Position numbers and translations under genes: made by a program. This document shows, in pieces, positions 12,038-27,233 of a stretch of DNA of 64,000 nucleotides; position 1 is the stretch's first letter, and each line of letters begins with the position of its first letter. The notes beneath the pieces are model-generated. The model was not told the DNA's origin. It saw only the letters and a program-made list of their open reading frames with translations, and ran no database searches. This DNA comes from Epiperipatus broadwayi (Eukaryota; Animalia; Onychophora): positions 16,988,001 through 17,052,000 of the forward strand of contig JAQFVV010000008.1 of the NCBI GenBank assembly GCA_028023455.1, given 5' to 3'.

Positions 12038-14379
12038 ATATATACATAATAAAATGACTTGACAGAATAGTTAGAACATGGTTTCAAAAATTGAATGAAA
12101 TTGTAATTTTTCAGCAGGTTCAAAGCAATCTTAAGATTTTTCTTTCAAATTAGACAACTTTAATAATCATCTAATTAATAATGTCAAAATATGAATCTGA
12201 TTGTTTTAAATTAGAAAATAACACCGGAATGAAAAACTATTAAAAATCTCTTTAACTAGCAAATTGTTAGCCTGGTTAATAATAACTTCTTCACTTTTGC
12301 TTTTGGGAAGTCTGTCAAAAAAGGCTTTATCCTGAAGTGGACTATTTAAAGGTTATTTTATCTTTATCTACAAACATTGAAGTGATCACTTCATGCAGTA
12401 TAAAAAGTAAATATAGGAGGAAAAGTGAAGTAAACAAAGCCATTAAGGGAATAAATGAGTTTAAAAATAAAAAAGATTTGTTTAAATATAATTAATTATA
12501 CAATTAATTTAAACTTATGCATACACAGATATAAAATCAAATATATATGAATATAGGTAAATAGATGTTATAAAGGTATAATATTTCAACACACATGTAT
12601 TACTTTGTTATTCTATTTCAATTATTTTAAACAAAATTCTTCTATATAAATAAGTTAACATTTCAATTAAACAAATTCACATTTTAATTAAATTGACTAA
12701 AAATTACATGTAATTCCAAAAGCAACCCTTTGATTAGATAAAATACAAAAATTTTAAAATTTGCTAATGGTATGAATAATGGACAAAGAGTAAATCAGCT
12801 ACTTTAAATGAGAGATTTCAACATGAAGAAAATATTAATTAAATTTATAATTTATCCAAGTTATCTTAATATATATATTGGTATGTTTTAATTAATTAAA
12901 ATATTATACTAGTCATATTTTTTAACTAACTAATTTACTGTGAATTTAGACGAAAATTTTTTTTGTTAAATTAGTCCTGCAAAAAGTCATATAAATGTCA
13001 AGCAAAGGTGGTTTTAAAAGTATCTGTCTATTAAAAGGTGCATCAATATTGTGAAACAACAAAATAACCCACAAATTCTAATGACATGACAAATAGCACA
13101 ATAATTTAGCTGAATCCATATGGCTAAATAATTAAACAAAACTGACTTTTTTATAGCTGCCAACTTATTCCAACAGATAAATAAAAAATTCTGAATGTAC
13201 TTATTCAATTTAATATATATTATTAATCCATACTTATTATTTTCTCAAATGACCTCATTTGATCCACTGATAGAGTGGGAGATTCTGGAGGTCACAGTTC
13301 ATAAATCATGGCCAATTTTGTTATTTCCAGTGGTCAAATTCTTAAGCAGTAAACCAATCAATTATTTTTTTAATTACCAAAATAACAAAAGAAAATTGTT
13401 TGTAAATTAAATTTAGCTATTTGATTCAAAAATATATATGCAGACATCCCAGGAAAATTACATTTTCTCCATTATTGCATGCTACCTACTAAGCAATTAT
13501 TCTATGAGTAATTAAGAATCCCAAACTTAAGCATAATTGCTTGAAGCTTGAGCAATTTCGGAAAATGCTTTGAATCTATGTCTTCTTTCCTCAGATTAAT
13601 TAACATTAGATATTTGGAAAGAATTGTAAGTATTTCTCTATTTCATTTGATTTCTTTACGATATTTTGAACTTTAAAGAAAAAACACTGTCAAAAAAATT
13701 TAATGTAATTATTCTCTCAAAATTATACAGCGCAAGATGATTTTTTTTCTCTCTTTCTTAATTTAACAATTAAAAAATTGATGTATTTAATTATGTTCTG
13801 TATAGAGTCTTATTATAAAAAATATTTTATTATATGTTATTAAAAGTGAGAATGGATACATTTCAATGATAATTTAGATTACCTTAAAGTGTATAAATTT
13901 CTATTGATTTAAACAAATAGTTATTCAGTTTAAATTTACAAGCTTGCCATAAAGTTTGGAATGCATAGATTCTTTAATAGGATATATTTAAATTAAAGAT
14001 AAAAGTTACCTTGTAAAATTGCTACATTCACTTTCTAATAATTAATATGGCATTTATTTTAAACATTTGACAGTTTAAACAATACACGTCCAAAAGTCAT
14101 TTAAGAATTACATCATTAATAGATATATATTTTAGAAGTAATACATAATTAATCATTATAAAATTTTAAAACACAACTAAAAGAAAATTTTAATGCATAA
14201 TTTATGTAAAAATATAGCATAATTATAGCATACAGATTAATAAAAGATATAAAGAAATATTCGTAAAATATGAACAAATAAGTGAAAGAAATTCTGATGG
14301 TTCATATGAGGGCTTCACCATTGGATCTCATAGTCATACAATGTTATGATCCTACTACAGCATCAACAGATGAAGACAT

Positions 14380-16720
14380 TCAACAGTCCATCAATTTTTC
14401 AGAAATGGAAAATAAAGCAATGATTATTATTTAAAATGATATGAAACTTATGATGTAGTAAGTAGCGAACATGAACCGAGGAAATGTATCATGGCTGAAT
14501 AAATTTGGTAGATTTCTACAATACAAATAATCTAATAATTACAAATACATACAAAAGCAGAAGATATATATAAAAATCATCTGATAATCTCATTAGAAGT
14601 CAAATTGACTATATCATAGTTGATAGGAAGTGGAGAAAGAGTATTAAGAATTATAAAATATATCCAGGAACTGATTTAGTCACAGATCATTGGCTTTTGA
14701 TTGCAGATATGAATATTAAATTATGTAATATCAGGAAGAGGAATGTTATGACTGAATGTAAATGATATAATTGGTGATAGATTATCAAAATATGTTTGTA
14801 GTTTAACAAATCAATTTGAATGTCTAACTGAAAGTAGTGATATTAAAGAACAATGTCAATAAATAAAATCAACATGTTGAACTTGCACGAGAGGTTGTTC
14901 AAGAGAAGAGAAAAACAAATATGGCTGATCAGTTAACAGTAGAAGTAATGGAAATAATTAATGAAAAAAAGAATAGTTAAGAATTGTGATCTTGAAGAGT
15001 ATTTAGAGATGAATCTAGATATACAGAAAAGAAGAGTGACAAACAAAGTTATATAAACAATTTATTAATGACTTGAAAGGTTGTGCCAAGGAAAGAAAGT
15101 ATGATAGTACTAAAAAAATGTTTCATATTGTGAAAAAAATTTTTATGGAAAAGTTTAAACCAAGATTGGTTATGATAAATGATAAAGCAGATGGACTTCT
15201 GTCAAATCCATAAAGATTGTTAGTAAATGGAGTTTTGTAAAGTCATGTATAAAGATGACATAATATTTGATATACCAGTTACAAAACATTAACCATTAGC
15301 ATTAAAAAATAAAGTAGTAAAAGCCATATCAAGAACAAATGATGGAAGATTATCAAAATCAGAAGTACTAGTAGAATTATTTAAGACAGGAAAGATACAA
15401 TTGTAGACAGATTACATATTTTGATATTGGCTATATGAAAAATAAAGGACGGCTTGAGGACTGGATTGCAGAAACATTTGCATCAATACCAACAAAAAAT
15501 AGAGACATCAGTTAGTACGATAATTATAGATGAATAGCTTTAATTTCACATGCCAGTGAAATAATGTTGAAGATAGTTTTGGATAGAATACATGTGGAAA
15601 CTGAATGTGAATTGGCACAAGAACACATAGGTTTTAGACTGAAACAAGGAATAAGAGATCAGATAACTAATGTGAACATTATTCTCAATAAAGTTAGAAA
15701 ATTTCAACAATGATTATATCGATGTTTTATAAATTATCAAAAAGCTTTGGATTCTGTGGGCCATAATAAACTCTGGAAAGCAATGTTAAATATAAGACAT
15801 TCTCCACATTTTACAGTTGTTACTTTCTTATATAAGAGATGAAATGCTAGAATAAAAATTGCACATAAAAATTCAGATTGGTTTTAAATGAATAAAGGAG
15901 TAAGACAGGATTGGGTATTGTCATCTTGCTTATTCAATATTGTAGCAGAAACAGCAGTGAGAAAAGTTTAAGATGGTTTTTATCAGAGGAAAATGAATAC
16001 ACAATTCACAGTATCCAGATAATGTAGTCTTAATTGCAACAATAAAAAAAAAAATTATAGGAATTGGTAAATCACTTAATAAAATCAAAAATGAAGTATG
16101 ACTAAAGTGGATGGGAATTGGCTGGAACAGGTTCAGAATTTGCCTATGTGAATTTCAGAATAAATCAAGATGGATAATGGCATATAGAAATGAATGCAAG
16201 ATTACTGTTGACATTGAAAGCATCTACAAAATTAATGGCTATATGGAAAAATAAAAGCTTAAGTCTGTGATCAAAGTGTAGCTTATTGAAAGATTTGATA
16301 TGATCTATTATAGTATATGAATGTGAAGCATGGACAATGTAGAAGCAAAAGAGAGCAAAAATTGATGCTTTTGAAATAAATGTTGTAGAAGAGTAAATTC
16401 CATACCTCGGATAGAAGTTTTATGAATAAGTTTTGTAGAAGATAGCTACAAAAAGATAACTGCTGAAAATTGGTAAATCAATGGACATTACAATTTTGGA
16501 CATGTGGCAATGCATATTAACATATTTGAAAAAAAAAATGTGTTTGGTGAATCAATCAAGAAGAGGATGACCAAGACTATGATGGGTGAACATTATGAAA
16601 TAGACAAAATTGACAATTTTGGGGGCATTCAGGAAGGCAGAGAACCAGTCTGGAGGCATTTCATCCATGTTATTAACCATCATCGAAGTAACGGATCAGA
16701 TGAATGGTGATGATACTGAT
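14380..16720 (+). mobile_element. Decayed RTE-clade LINE (APE C-terminus plus RT)
   Basis: Broken translations: QIDYIIV..W..SI.NYKIYPGTD...DH.LLIA, ALISHASEIMLKI, GFR...GIRDQI, CFINYQKALDSV, KGVRQDWVLS..LFN, and WRHFIH near the 3' end. Many stops and frameshifts. Confidence 0.85.
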
Positions 16721-17144
16721 AAAAGCATAACTATATATATCTTTTCAATGTAATATATTTGGATTGATGAATTCAAGATTTTCAGAAATATTTAAGAAAT
16801 ATTTGTCATTATGACTGCGTATATGCTTTATTAATTGTTGTTAAGCAAAATTTTTCAAAATATTCAAATCATTTGAAAAGGGACATAATATTTTAAAACA
16901 AGATGTTCTAAAATTATAGTTATTGGATAAAGATAAAAAAAAACTAATTATAATTTGTGACCCAATAATATAAACTCTATTGATACTTTTGTTCATTTTA
17001 TATGTTGTTGAGTGCTGTGTAAAAATTTATGTTTCATATCCAAAAAAATATTTCTTGTTTGTTCTTTCTTATTTTACTCACATATTTCCAGAGGTCAGCT
17101 GACAATTAGAATAGAATTGTGAGTGATAAATCTGTTTTCACATA

Positions 17145-17450
17145 TAAATAAAGATGTCAGTAAGCATAAGTCTATAAATATATATGCTTTATAATTTTCC
17201 ATGTATTGCAGATAACATAGACTAACCTATGTGATAATTTTTAATAACATGTATTATATTATAGTATGTGTACTTAATATGTCTTGCACTGTGTCTATAA
17301 AAATATATAGATAAAGATGTCAATAAAGTATAAGTCTGCATATATATTGTTTATAGCTTTCTATGTACTGCAGATAACATAGACTTGCCAATGTGATAAC
17401 TCTTAATCATGTATAATAGGTAATATTTCACTATATGTCTATGAAAAAAT
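17145..17450. repeat. Two-copy tandem repeat, unit about 163 bp
   Basis: ATAAAGATGTCA...GCAGATAACATAGACT...ATGTGATAA occurs at ~17147 and ~17311. Confidence 0.6.
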
Positions 17451-20400
17451 AAACACTTTGAAGTTGTTATTTTATTATGAAAAAAGAAAAGTAAATTAAA
17501 TTTAAATGATCAAGAAGTTATGCAGTTATAGTCTTAAGTTATTGCTGTTTGTCAATGCTCTTAGTCAAGATGTGATATATATTGAGATATTTTCTGCCAT
17601 TTCAAATGTAAATAGATTATTTTATAGTTTCAGGGATTTCAATAATTTTATAAGTAAGATAGGGTTAAAATATATTAAATTTGAAAATTATAGAATGTGT
17701 GTGTGATTTGCATATATAACCACTTTTATAAAATTTTATTTTTGTAAAGAATCTAGCTTTCAAGTTTGATCTATTTACTTTTTATCAGATAATTGTTCTA
17801 GGAAAATATTTCATTCTTTAAGACACAGTTTCTTTTATATTTATGTATTTTAATTATTAATCGTAAAGAAAAAAAAGGAAATGAAGAAAGGAAGTAAAAT
17901 TTGTAAATCAACCTCTATTGTTGGGGATTAAAGTAGATACAAAAATTTATAATGAAAAAAAATTATAAAGAAGTCACTATTATATCTTTGCATAATTATG
18001 TAGGACATTTTAAAAGAAAAGAAAAAAATTTTTTTTTAAATTCCACAAGCCAAAGTATGAAACAAAAAAATAAAGAGTTTCCAAAAATAGGCACAAAGTG
18101 TGAAACCAAATAAAATGGAAAAATAATTGGAAGTGAAAGAGGTGTGAGATAAAAATCAAAAAAAGAAAAGTTTTTTTTTTTTTGGAAGAAATTAATCTAG
18201 AGGAAATAGAGTTGTAAAGAGCAGCTAAGAAAAGAAAAGAGAAGAAAGCTAAAATGCTATCCAGTTAGAGTCTTCAAAATCTCTTCTGGGGGAATTCTCC
18301 CCTAATGCTTTCCCTAAATGATATCAAGAAATTTGTTGTATGTAGAATGATGAAGGCCAACAAGCTAGTCAAGGCTATAATAGAATAAAATTAAAAAAGA
18401 ACCAACCAAATTCTCGCCATGACTCAACAAGTAGAAAAATGAATTCAAACCTGAATCAATGCACCAGGGGATGATTGAGACATTCTTATAGCTATATTTT
18501 CATTTGAATTGGATAATTGATGCCAACTTCGGCATCTTTTAAAGCATGATAAAGGAAATGGGTAAATATAAACTGTTGTCTTAAAACTATTCAACTTTAT
18601 TATTTAGTTTACAAGATTCAGTTAGTGACTATTTAAATGTAATGAACTATAAGCCAGGGTATAACCTCTCAACAATAGAATGTAATGTGTACTTAAATAT
18701 TTATATCTTTGATGCTAGAATGATTGTCAAGTTTAACATTTCACTTTATTATTAACTTCCTCTGTGTAACCTTTATGATTATATTATGTGTGTGTATCAT
18801 ATGCCAAGGAGTTTGATTCAGACCAATCTTAACCAAGGTGTGGAATAATCAAATTTAAGCAGAAATGTAAAGGGATAATGTGATCATAAAGACGTCAAGA
18901 TACCTATGGTCATATTATTGTCATTAGTTAAAATTGAATAACATTTTAAGTCAAGATAGAAATTTTGGCTGTAGGCAAAATAAGCCACTCACTAGAATTT
19001 ATACACTTGTTATTAACAGTCCTATTTGGGTAGGAATCCAATGGTAAACTTCAGTCTGCACTGATCCATAGGTTGTAGCTGAGCATATTCAGGGTAGAAA
19101 CAAAATATCAATCTTATTCAATGCATGGTTACATAGTGGGAATAGGAAAGAAAGCTAATTAGAAAACCAATTTAAAGATTGTGTCTGAATTTATATTGAA
19201 TGCACATACTGTGAACGGCTTAATAAAGGTCATTCTTAAATAAAATTTTCTTAAATATTTATCTGAATTCATTTTGATTATTTTCAATCAATATATTTTG
19301 GTTATAGAATTGTTGACAAAAGTTTATTATTTATCTGGCATCAGTTATTTTGAGTTTAATAAGTATGTTACAAACTAAATAAATAAACACTATAACCTAG
19401 GAAGATCATCTGTCTAGTGCTAGGTAGTCTGCCTAGTGCATCCTAGTACAGGTTATTCAATCTGGGCGATTGTCAAAAGAAATTGAGTAAACAATCAGTT
19501 TGTACCACCACAATATATAAAAGGAGGTTACAACAGATTGAGATTGTTGATTCTTATTGATATTGAAATTGTCTAAGTATTGACTGATTTTAATAATATA
19601 TATAATAACTAAATTAACACTCCAATGCTGGTTCATTGAGTAAATGAAATAGCTATCCAAAGCACAAGATAAAGTCTTTTGAAAAAAATTGACCGTCTTA
19701 TCCTTTTACCTACATTCATTTATATATATATAAAATTTACTCCCCCATAATCCTAAATAAAAAATAAAGTGAATTCACTCTATTCTTTATCTCTTTGTTG
19801 ACATGAGTGTTATTTATCCATGGCTTATAGGGGAGTTGGTTTATTTGTTTGATTTCATGTAAGCTATTCATCTTACATATATTGCGACTGTTATCTTTTC
19901 CCTGAAGCTAAATGATAGGGCATGTCTTATGCCAAAATGTCTAAAAAAAATTTATATAGTTTAATTTTATAGTAAATAGATTTTTATTAGTGCCTTATAA
20001 TGCTATGATTCTGCATATAAAAAATACATCAATATTTTTGCAATCTGTGTGCTGTAAAATAAATTTAATAGTTGGACTTATAATATTTTTCGTCTTAAAT
20101 AATGCTTATCGAGTCAAAGTATTTAAATCTTTAATAGTTGATAACTTAAAGTAATAAGCAATGCATTTTATAAGCCAATAGTGTTAATATAGGCTAAATT
20201 TAACCACCAAAATGTTTCAAAAAGCTAATATTAATCTTAAGCTTGAAAACCAAGTTCAAACTCTATATTTAGGTTTGCTAGTAATTAAACTGAATTCATA
20301 ATGCATTAATCTAATTTTAATTTTAGCACAGAATATTATAATTAAATAGTTATTTATTTACAAAAAATTAATAATAAAAGATAGGGTTAAAAGTAGTAGA

Positions 20401-20770
20401 TAAATGAATGCCTGGATGAATAAATAAATGTAGTGTTTAATTTTAATATTTGTTCATTTTAAATTACTCATTAAATGTTTAACTTTAAGACAATTTAAAA
20501 TATATATGGAACAAACTTTTTATAGGTTAAAATTAATAATAAATGAATGTATTAAATATTATGGGTAAAATCTTTATTTAAACAATGTAAATTTCAATTA
20601 TATAATATTTTATTTCATTCTAATGTTCAAATTTGTAAATAATTATTGTAATAACTAATAGTTTTAATTTTATTGTCTTGACAGGGAAATTTATTTTAAA
20701 AGCTAAATATTAATTACATTTTTGGTTAGCAACCTTTCTTAGTTTCAGTAGAACATGGATTCAAACTAAT

Positions 20771-21035
20771 AAAGGGAAGGGGATGTAATCAGTTTTTTTA
20801 AAGTGGTCACCTGATCAAAGCTATAAATGAGATTAACACCTGAACTCTGGTAATTCACTCTCTCTCTCTCTCTCTCTTCACTCTCTTGAAATCATTCTAT
20901 TTTGTGTTTTTAAAGTTCAGTTTTAATTTAAAAGTATAATTTTATTTAAACTTTTTATTTTATTAGTTTAAAAGTAATGTGTAAATAAAAGTTAAATGTT
21001 CTAGGCTCAAAGTCTGAATATAAATTTCAAGAACA
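20771..21035 (+). mobile_element. Possible polypurine tract plus short LTR remnant
   Basis: AAAGGGAAGGGGA is followed by TGTAATC (20784), then a TATAAA, a (CT)n run, an AATAAA, and ...AACA near 21035. No TSD or partner LTR. Confidence 0.35.
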
Positions 21036-22379
21036 AAAAATGTTCATTGCTGCCAGCTTTATTGGTAAAATTGGTTAGTTATTAGGAATGATTAACATTT
21101 TAACATTTAAACTTTGTACACTAGAAAACTTTGAAAGACATTATTATCACTATAATAACATACAGACTGCTATTGATTCCAATGTCTGTTACACATATAT
21201 AAGTTTGGGAAAATATTTGAAACTCTTCTTAGGAATAACAATAATGCTTTTAAAATATTAAATAACTTTATCATATATTTTTCTAAAATACTCATTTCAT
21301 ATAGAATATTATTTGAAATTAATTTACCTCTTATAAAAAACTTTGAATTTCATTTAATAAAGACAATTTTATTATGAGTATATTAATCATTGTCTATAAA
21401 ATCATTCTCATATCTACTAGAAGAAAATATTTGTCTTCATTAATAATGTATTATTTAAATAGACAATTATTTTTGTTATTTTAATGAAACATTATTTACT
21501 GTTTATAAGAGCCTAAAAGAAGTGTTGTCTATTATGACTATTTCCACCCCAGAAGAAAAATCATTTTCTTGGAACTGATGAAGAGAAAAACAATGGACAT
21601 ATTTTTAAAATGTTTAACACCTATTGTGAAACATTAGAATTACTTACATTAAATATGGAAATATTAAATTATTTATCAAAAGTAATATATTTAAAGTAAA
21701 TTTAAATAAACTTTTCCTGGCTTAAGTATGAAAGCTTGTACACACTTTCTCATTATTGTTATGGAAACTGCTATAATTTTAAAATGTGATATTTGAAAAG
21801 AAAAAAGTATTTCTCCTACTAAATACAAGTTTTATTATTATTTAATAATTATTTTGAAAGATTAAAATTCCTATGCTCAAATTTAATATGAAAAACATTT
21901 TATGGCAATTTAATATTGTTGTTTAATCTATGGAAATCTGCTCAATGAATGGCCATACTTATTTAGTTTGTAACCTGAATTTTACTTAAGAATAACCATG
22001 AAGTGTTTTTATACTGTTATATTTGTGCTGGATCTTTGCTATCCATAAAACTTTGTTGCTTAATAAACTGTTCCTGTTTAATGGGTAAATGGTAGAAGAA
22101 CAGAAAGATTATTTTTATTTTATTTTGAAATGATAAAGGATTAATATTTATTTATGTTTATAATTTTTGCTTACAAAATCACTATTTTAAATACATATTA
22201 TTTTATGTAATTTTACATACTATTTTACTAATAATTTTGGTCAAATTTCTCAGAATATCAATGTATGATATTTATATATTTAAAAATAGTATGTTCTCTT
22301 TTTCATATGAATTATTTATTTACAAAAGGTATATTGTGCTGATGCAATATAAATAGATGTATATTTCTATTTATTTTAT

Positions 22380-23100
22380 TGTTTGTTTATTGCCTAATTT
22401 TAACTAAGCTGGGTTTAGCATTAATTATTGTCTTTCACATTCATTACTGTATTTTTTGCTTAGAGGCTGTAGCTTTCTCTTATTTAGGAATGTTTATTTT
22501 TGCCGGTGTTGTTAGAGATTGTAGTATGTGCATCTCTTATCATTTTTCTAGCTTATTTTAAAAGAGATAGTAGCATTAGTCTTTCTCTTATATTTGTTGT
22601 CTCACTAGCATACATATTTTGGAGAATGTATCTTAGGCTCCCTATAGTTTAAGGCAACCCTATTTAGTTGTCCTTGATGTGCATTTTCATCATTTTTGAC
22701 TAGTGATAAAGTCCTAGATCATTTTATTATTGCCCTCAAAGGTAGGTGCACTTATTTATGACCTATGCCATCATACTTTTACTTTGCCTGTATTCTTTTT
22801 TCTCAGTATAGATTTAGTTTGATGTTGAGAATGTATTTTGTAAAGCATGTATAATATTTTACCATGACTTTCCCTGGCAATTATATTTATTTTTATCAAG
22901 GTAGTGAGAAATGCCACTCTTACCACTTTTTTAGCATTCTTGGTTTATTTAGATATGAATTATATATTGGTGATATGTAGGTCCTTATTTAAGCTTTGCT
23001 GAGTCAGGATATAAATATAATTAACTTCAAAAATACCTTAGACATAAATAGACAATATTCATTTCTCTTATCATTCCTTCATTGCTGGATTGGTAAGCTT
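22380..23100 (-). mobile_element. Highly decayed LINE 3' region (RTE-like?)
   Basis: Weak minus-strand translation resembles the post-RT region (DK....GKV...; W.....). No intact motif. Confidence 0.3.
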
Positions 23101-25590
23101 GTATTTTAAGTAATGTTAAATATTCACAAAAAACAGTATTCATAAAAAGGATATTATCATTATGTGAATGCTTTAATATTTGAGAACTTTTGAAAATTTA
23201 AAGGAATAGAAAGTTTATTTTTGTTCAGCCAAATTATTTTTGATTAACCAAATTTATTTTTCATAAATCCATTTGTAATTTTAACCTTGTGACATATTTT
23301 GAAAATAATGTTTTAAAAAACCCATGGCTTTGTGGACCTAAAAAATATATATTTGCGACATGTTATTATTTATTTCTCTGTGAAATAAATATTTGTTTAT
23401 TATTAAGAAATTTCTTATAATCATTTTTCCACATCATCCACTCATTAACTCTAAGTCTCAATAATTATAAAATATAAATTATCTTAAGAGTTTATTGTAA
23501 GAGTACATGAAAATTGAAATTAATATGAGTCACTTTATTGAATTATATTTAAGTATAAGAATTACATCTAAGAATGGCATATTATTATTTGAGATCATTT
23601 CAGCCACTTTAGTTTGCTTATTGAAAGATCACCGTGCTTATTTATTTTAAAATTATTTTCTACAAATATAAACGACCATATTTATTATTTCATGATAAAT
23701 TTAAATTAAGAGATGACTTAGTTCAAATTTGGAAGATATTTTAAGTAGATTTATTCTATGATCTTTAGAAAGGCTATAAAATCCTTTACCCATCCTTAAT
23801 ATCTGAATGTCATCCTAGGAGTTTATTATTTATCTTATTCTAAATTAAAAGATCATGTTATGATTTATTTTAAATTAATATTATTATTGTTATGATTGTG
23901 ATATATTAACTTAGGGGTAATAGAATTTTATTCTATATTGAATAGATTTTAAAAGTCAAAGAGAATTTATTTTATGATTAAAATCAATCATATTACCCCG
24001 AGATACCTAATTTGTTTTATGAACCACATTATTTAAAATTATTTTGCTAAAGATGAAATTATTTTCAAAACATAAATCTTTTGTGGCAAAGATTTAAGAG
24101 AACAGTTCCAAATTTTATAAGATTAAACATAATGTTTCATCTGATCTTAGGAATGAGATACTTTAAAGATGGATAAGAAAGATGGTAGCAGTAGTGATGT
24201 TTGTAAGAGGATTTTAAATGTAATCTCAATGGCATATGATTGCAATACCAAGAGTCTTTTATTTGTACTAGAGTGAGTTGAGAGTTCTCCTAAGTTTTTG
24301 ATAATATTGCTTTATATTTTAATGTTACTTTATTTTAACTGCTTACTCCTGTATCTTGTCTTATTGTGGCATATGGTATTTATATTTAATAAACCCACCA
24401 AGGTTAGCTGACATTATATTTTTGACTAATATACCCTTTTAGCTTCTTATTGTTTAGCCTTATTAAATTGTTTCCTCATTCTCATTTCTCTTGGTTACAA
24501 TTTGATTATATATTTTATCAATTTATTTTTGCATTCTCAAAATTATTTCATTACCAAGATTACAATATATTTATATATATAATAGACATAAGGTGATTAT
24601 ATTAATGTAAACAAAGATAAGTTTGGCTTTTCACATTGCCAGGAAATTATCAATTACTACAATTGACAATCCCTTAGGCTAAACATGTTTTTTCATTAAC
24701 CTATATCTCTTTTGTTGGAGTTTGTTGTTAAAGTAAAAAGAGGTACTCTTTTACTTCAAATCCCAATTGTTGAATGGATTTAAACTCAGAAAGCTATTTT
24801 TTTTTTATAGATGGGAGAATGTGAAATTATAGTTTTCTTGACATTCTCCAAATATTTTAAATCTTTCCAGAGAGTTGTATATGTTGAATTCAATATTTCC
24901 ATGGATTGTTATTATAAATAAATAAGACATAAGGAGATTATATCCATGTAAACAGAAATAAGTTTAATTTTTCATGTTGCCAGGAAACTATCAAAAACTA
25001 CTAATTGATAATGTCTAAAACTAAATAAGTTTTCTCATTAACCAATAATAGCTCTTTTGTTGAAGTTTTTTGTCTATTCTTTATTTATAATAATATTCCA
25101 TGAAAATATTGAATTCAACATATAAAACTCTCAGGAGAAGTTTAAATATTATTTGCAGAATGTCAAGAAAGATGTTATTCTTTCATATTCTTACACACCT
25201 ATTGAAAAACCTTCCTTTTCAAACCCATAGACATATTTTCCTTTAATATTAAGTTATTTCTACTAAAACACCCCATCCAGGTTTAATTCTATGATTACTT
25301 TCATTCATTATGTTTCCATCTATATTAATACTGTTACCGAGGTATTTATAGTTGTTAACTTCTAATTCATGATTATTAGTCTTTATTTTCTTCCACTGAG
25401 AAAATTTATGGAATATTATTTTAGTCTTTTTAGCAGTTATCTTTATTTTACTTACATCTGTTAATTCATGCAATATTTTCTGAAGTTCTAAAGCATTATT
25501 TGCAAAAACAATCACATCATCTTCTTTATCACCTTTATAAATATTACCAAAATCATACTTTTCTTTATTTTGCTGTAATATTCTATAAAT

Positions 25591-25767
25591 ACAATTTATC
25601 CAAACCACTTTGAACACTTTTTAGCAAAACTCATTATTTGTACATATATACATACATCTACATTTCGACTGAAGAAGACTGCAGAGCAGTCGAAATGTAG
25701 GTCTGTGTATATATGTACAAATAAAGAGTTTTGCTAAAAAGTGTTCGAAGTGGCTTGAATAAATTGT
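25591..25767 (+). mobile_element. Penelope-type terminal-repeat fragment with an inverted arm, inserted in the RTE RT domain
   Basis: Inverted arms of about 80 bp (25591-25670 and ~25689-25767) enclose a hammerhead core. The RTE RT sequence is deleted across the site and no TSD is visible. Confidence 0.7.
25669..25703 (+). ncRNA. Hammerhead ribozyme core lacking the stem I 5' strand
   Basis: CUGAAGA-A-GACUGC-AGA-GCAGUC-GAAA-UGUAG-GUC: perfect 6-bp stem II, intact core and a GUC triplet. Confidence 0.7.
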
Positions 25768-27233
25768 CTTTATCACTTTTCTTGAATATTATTACTATAT
25801 TTTCCCAATCATCTGGTTCATCTTTATCATTGAAAGATTTGATATATAACTTTGTCAACAATTTTTCTATTTTTTCATTTGCTTCTTTTATTTTCTTAGC
25901 TTCTCATTTTTATCCACTAAATATTTTTTGTAAAACTGTTAGAAAAATTTTGGAGATATTACATTATCCTGTTGTACACTCTTCCCAATGTTAATTTTAA
26001 TACCAGCATCTAATATAATTACTGTTGTTGGATTTGAATAACTATTCTTTAGAATAATCAATGAATCTAAAATATAATAGCAACTTATATTCATTGAACT
26101 TTTCTATAACTTCTCTTAATATTTGAATGTGACCAACATTGTTAAAGCCATCTTTAAATTCTGCTTGCTCTTTTGGTTGATTTAAATCCAAAATTTGCTA
26201 CAAACAATTTGTAATTATCTTGATAAATTTTTTATAAAGAACTGATAAAAGACTGAAAGGTCTGTAATTTTTAATATCTTTTTTACCATTTTTCTTGGAA
26301 TATTATTATTACATTATTCCAATCATCTGGTACTTCTTTATCATTTAGATATTTGAGATAAAGCTTTGCCAATATTTTTTTAAATTTCTTTACTTGCTTC
26401 CATCATTTCCTGAAGCTTTTTCTTTCTTCATAGATTGAATTGCATGTTTTACTTCTTCATTTAAGATACTGCACAATTCAAAAGATTTAATAATTGTAAG
26501 GGATATTTTTGTTTTCTTGTTCTTTATTACTATACAATCATTATAAAACTCTTTCACATAATGCATAATATCATCTTTCTTTTTAGTAATACTGCCATCT
26601 TTTCTTCTTATTGTAGAAATAACTTTCCTTACAATATCAAGATGTTGCTTTACACTTTTGAAAATTTTATTCTCTGCTATAGCTTTCCTTGCCATATCAT
26701 TTTATAAGAATCTAGATATTCAATTTTTTTAATATATATTTTCATATTCCTTCTTTTATTCATACATTTCTTATCTCAGTGGAAAATTTATTAGTAAACT
26801 GCTGTTTTTTTGTACCAGTTATATATTTTGTTACATTTTTATTTTATAACATTCAATGATTAGTAGAAGTCTAATATAAAATGAAGAAAATAAGAAAAGT
26901 TATTAGTTTTGTTTCCTTAATACATGTATATATTTAATCTCTATATAAGACTCAGAGATTGCATTTAGAAGAGTTCTCCTTTTGAATGCAAAAAGCATTT
27001 ATAGTTTACTATTTTCATTGATCATCGTCTAATAACATCTAACTGTGATTTTTCTAAAATGAAAATATAATAGATATTTCCAAAATTTAAATTAATTCAA
27101 CAATAACATATGTTGAAAATTATTAATTTATATTCATATATATTAAAATGATTCTCATGAGTTATGGATATAAATGGCAGGTTGTATCAACTGGATCATT
27201 TTTGCCATCAACTAGAAATGGATATTATTACAA

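Larger units (their letters stand above)
24590..26780 (-). mobile_element. Decayed, rearranged RTE-clade LINE
   Basis: ORFs read ISTIRRKDGSI...EEVKHAIQSMKKEKASGNDG, EPDDW..IVIIFKK, and EDDVIVFANNALELQKIL...KITAKKTKII...YKYLG. The region 24590-25170 shows internal duplication and inversion. Confidence 0.8.
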
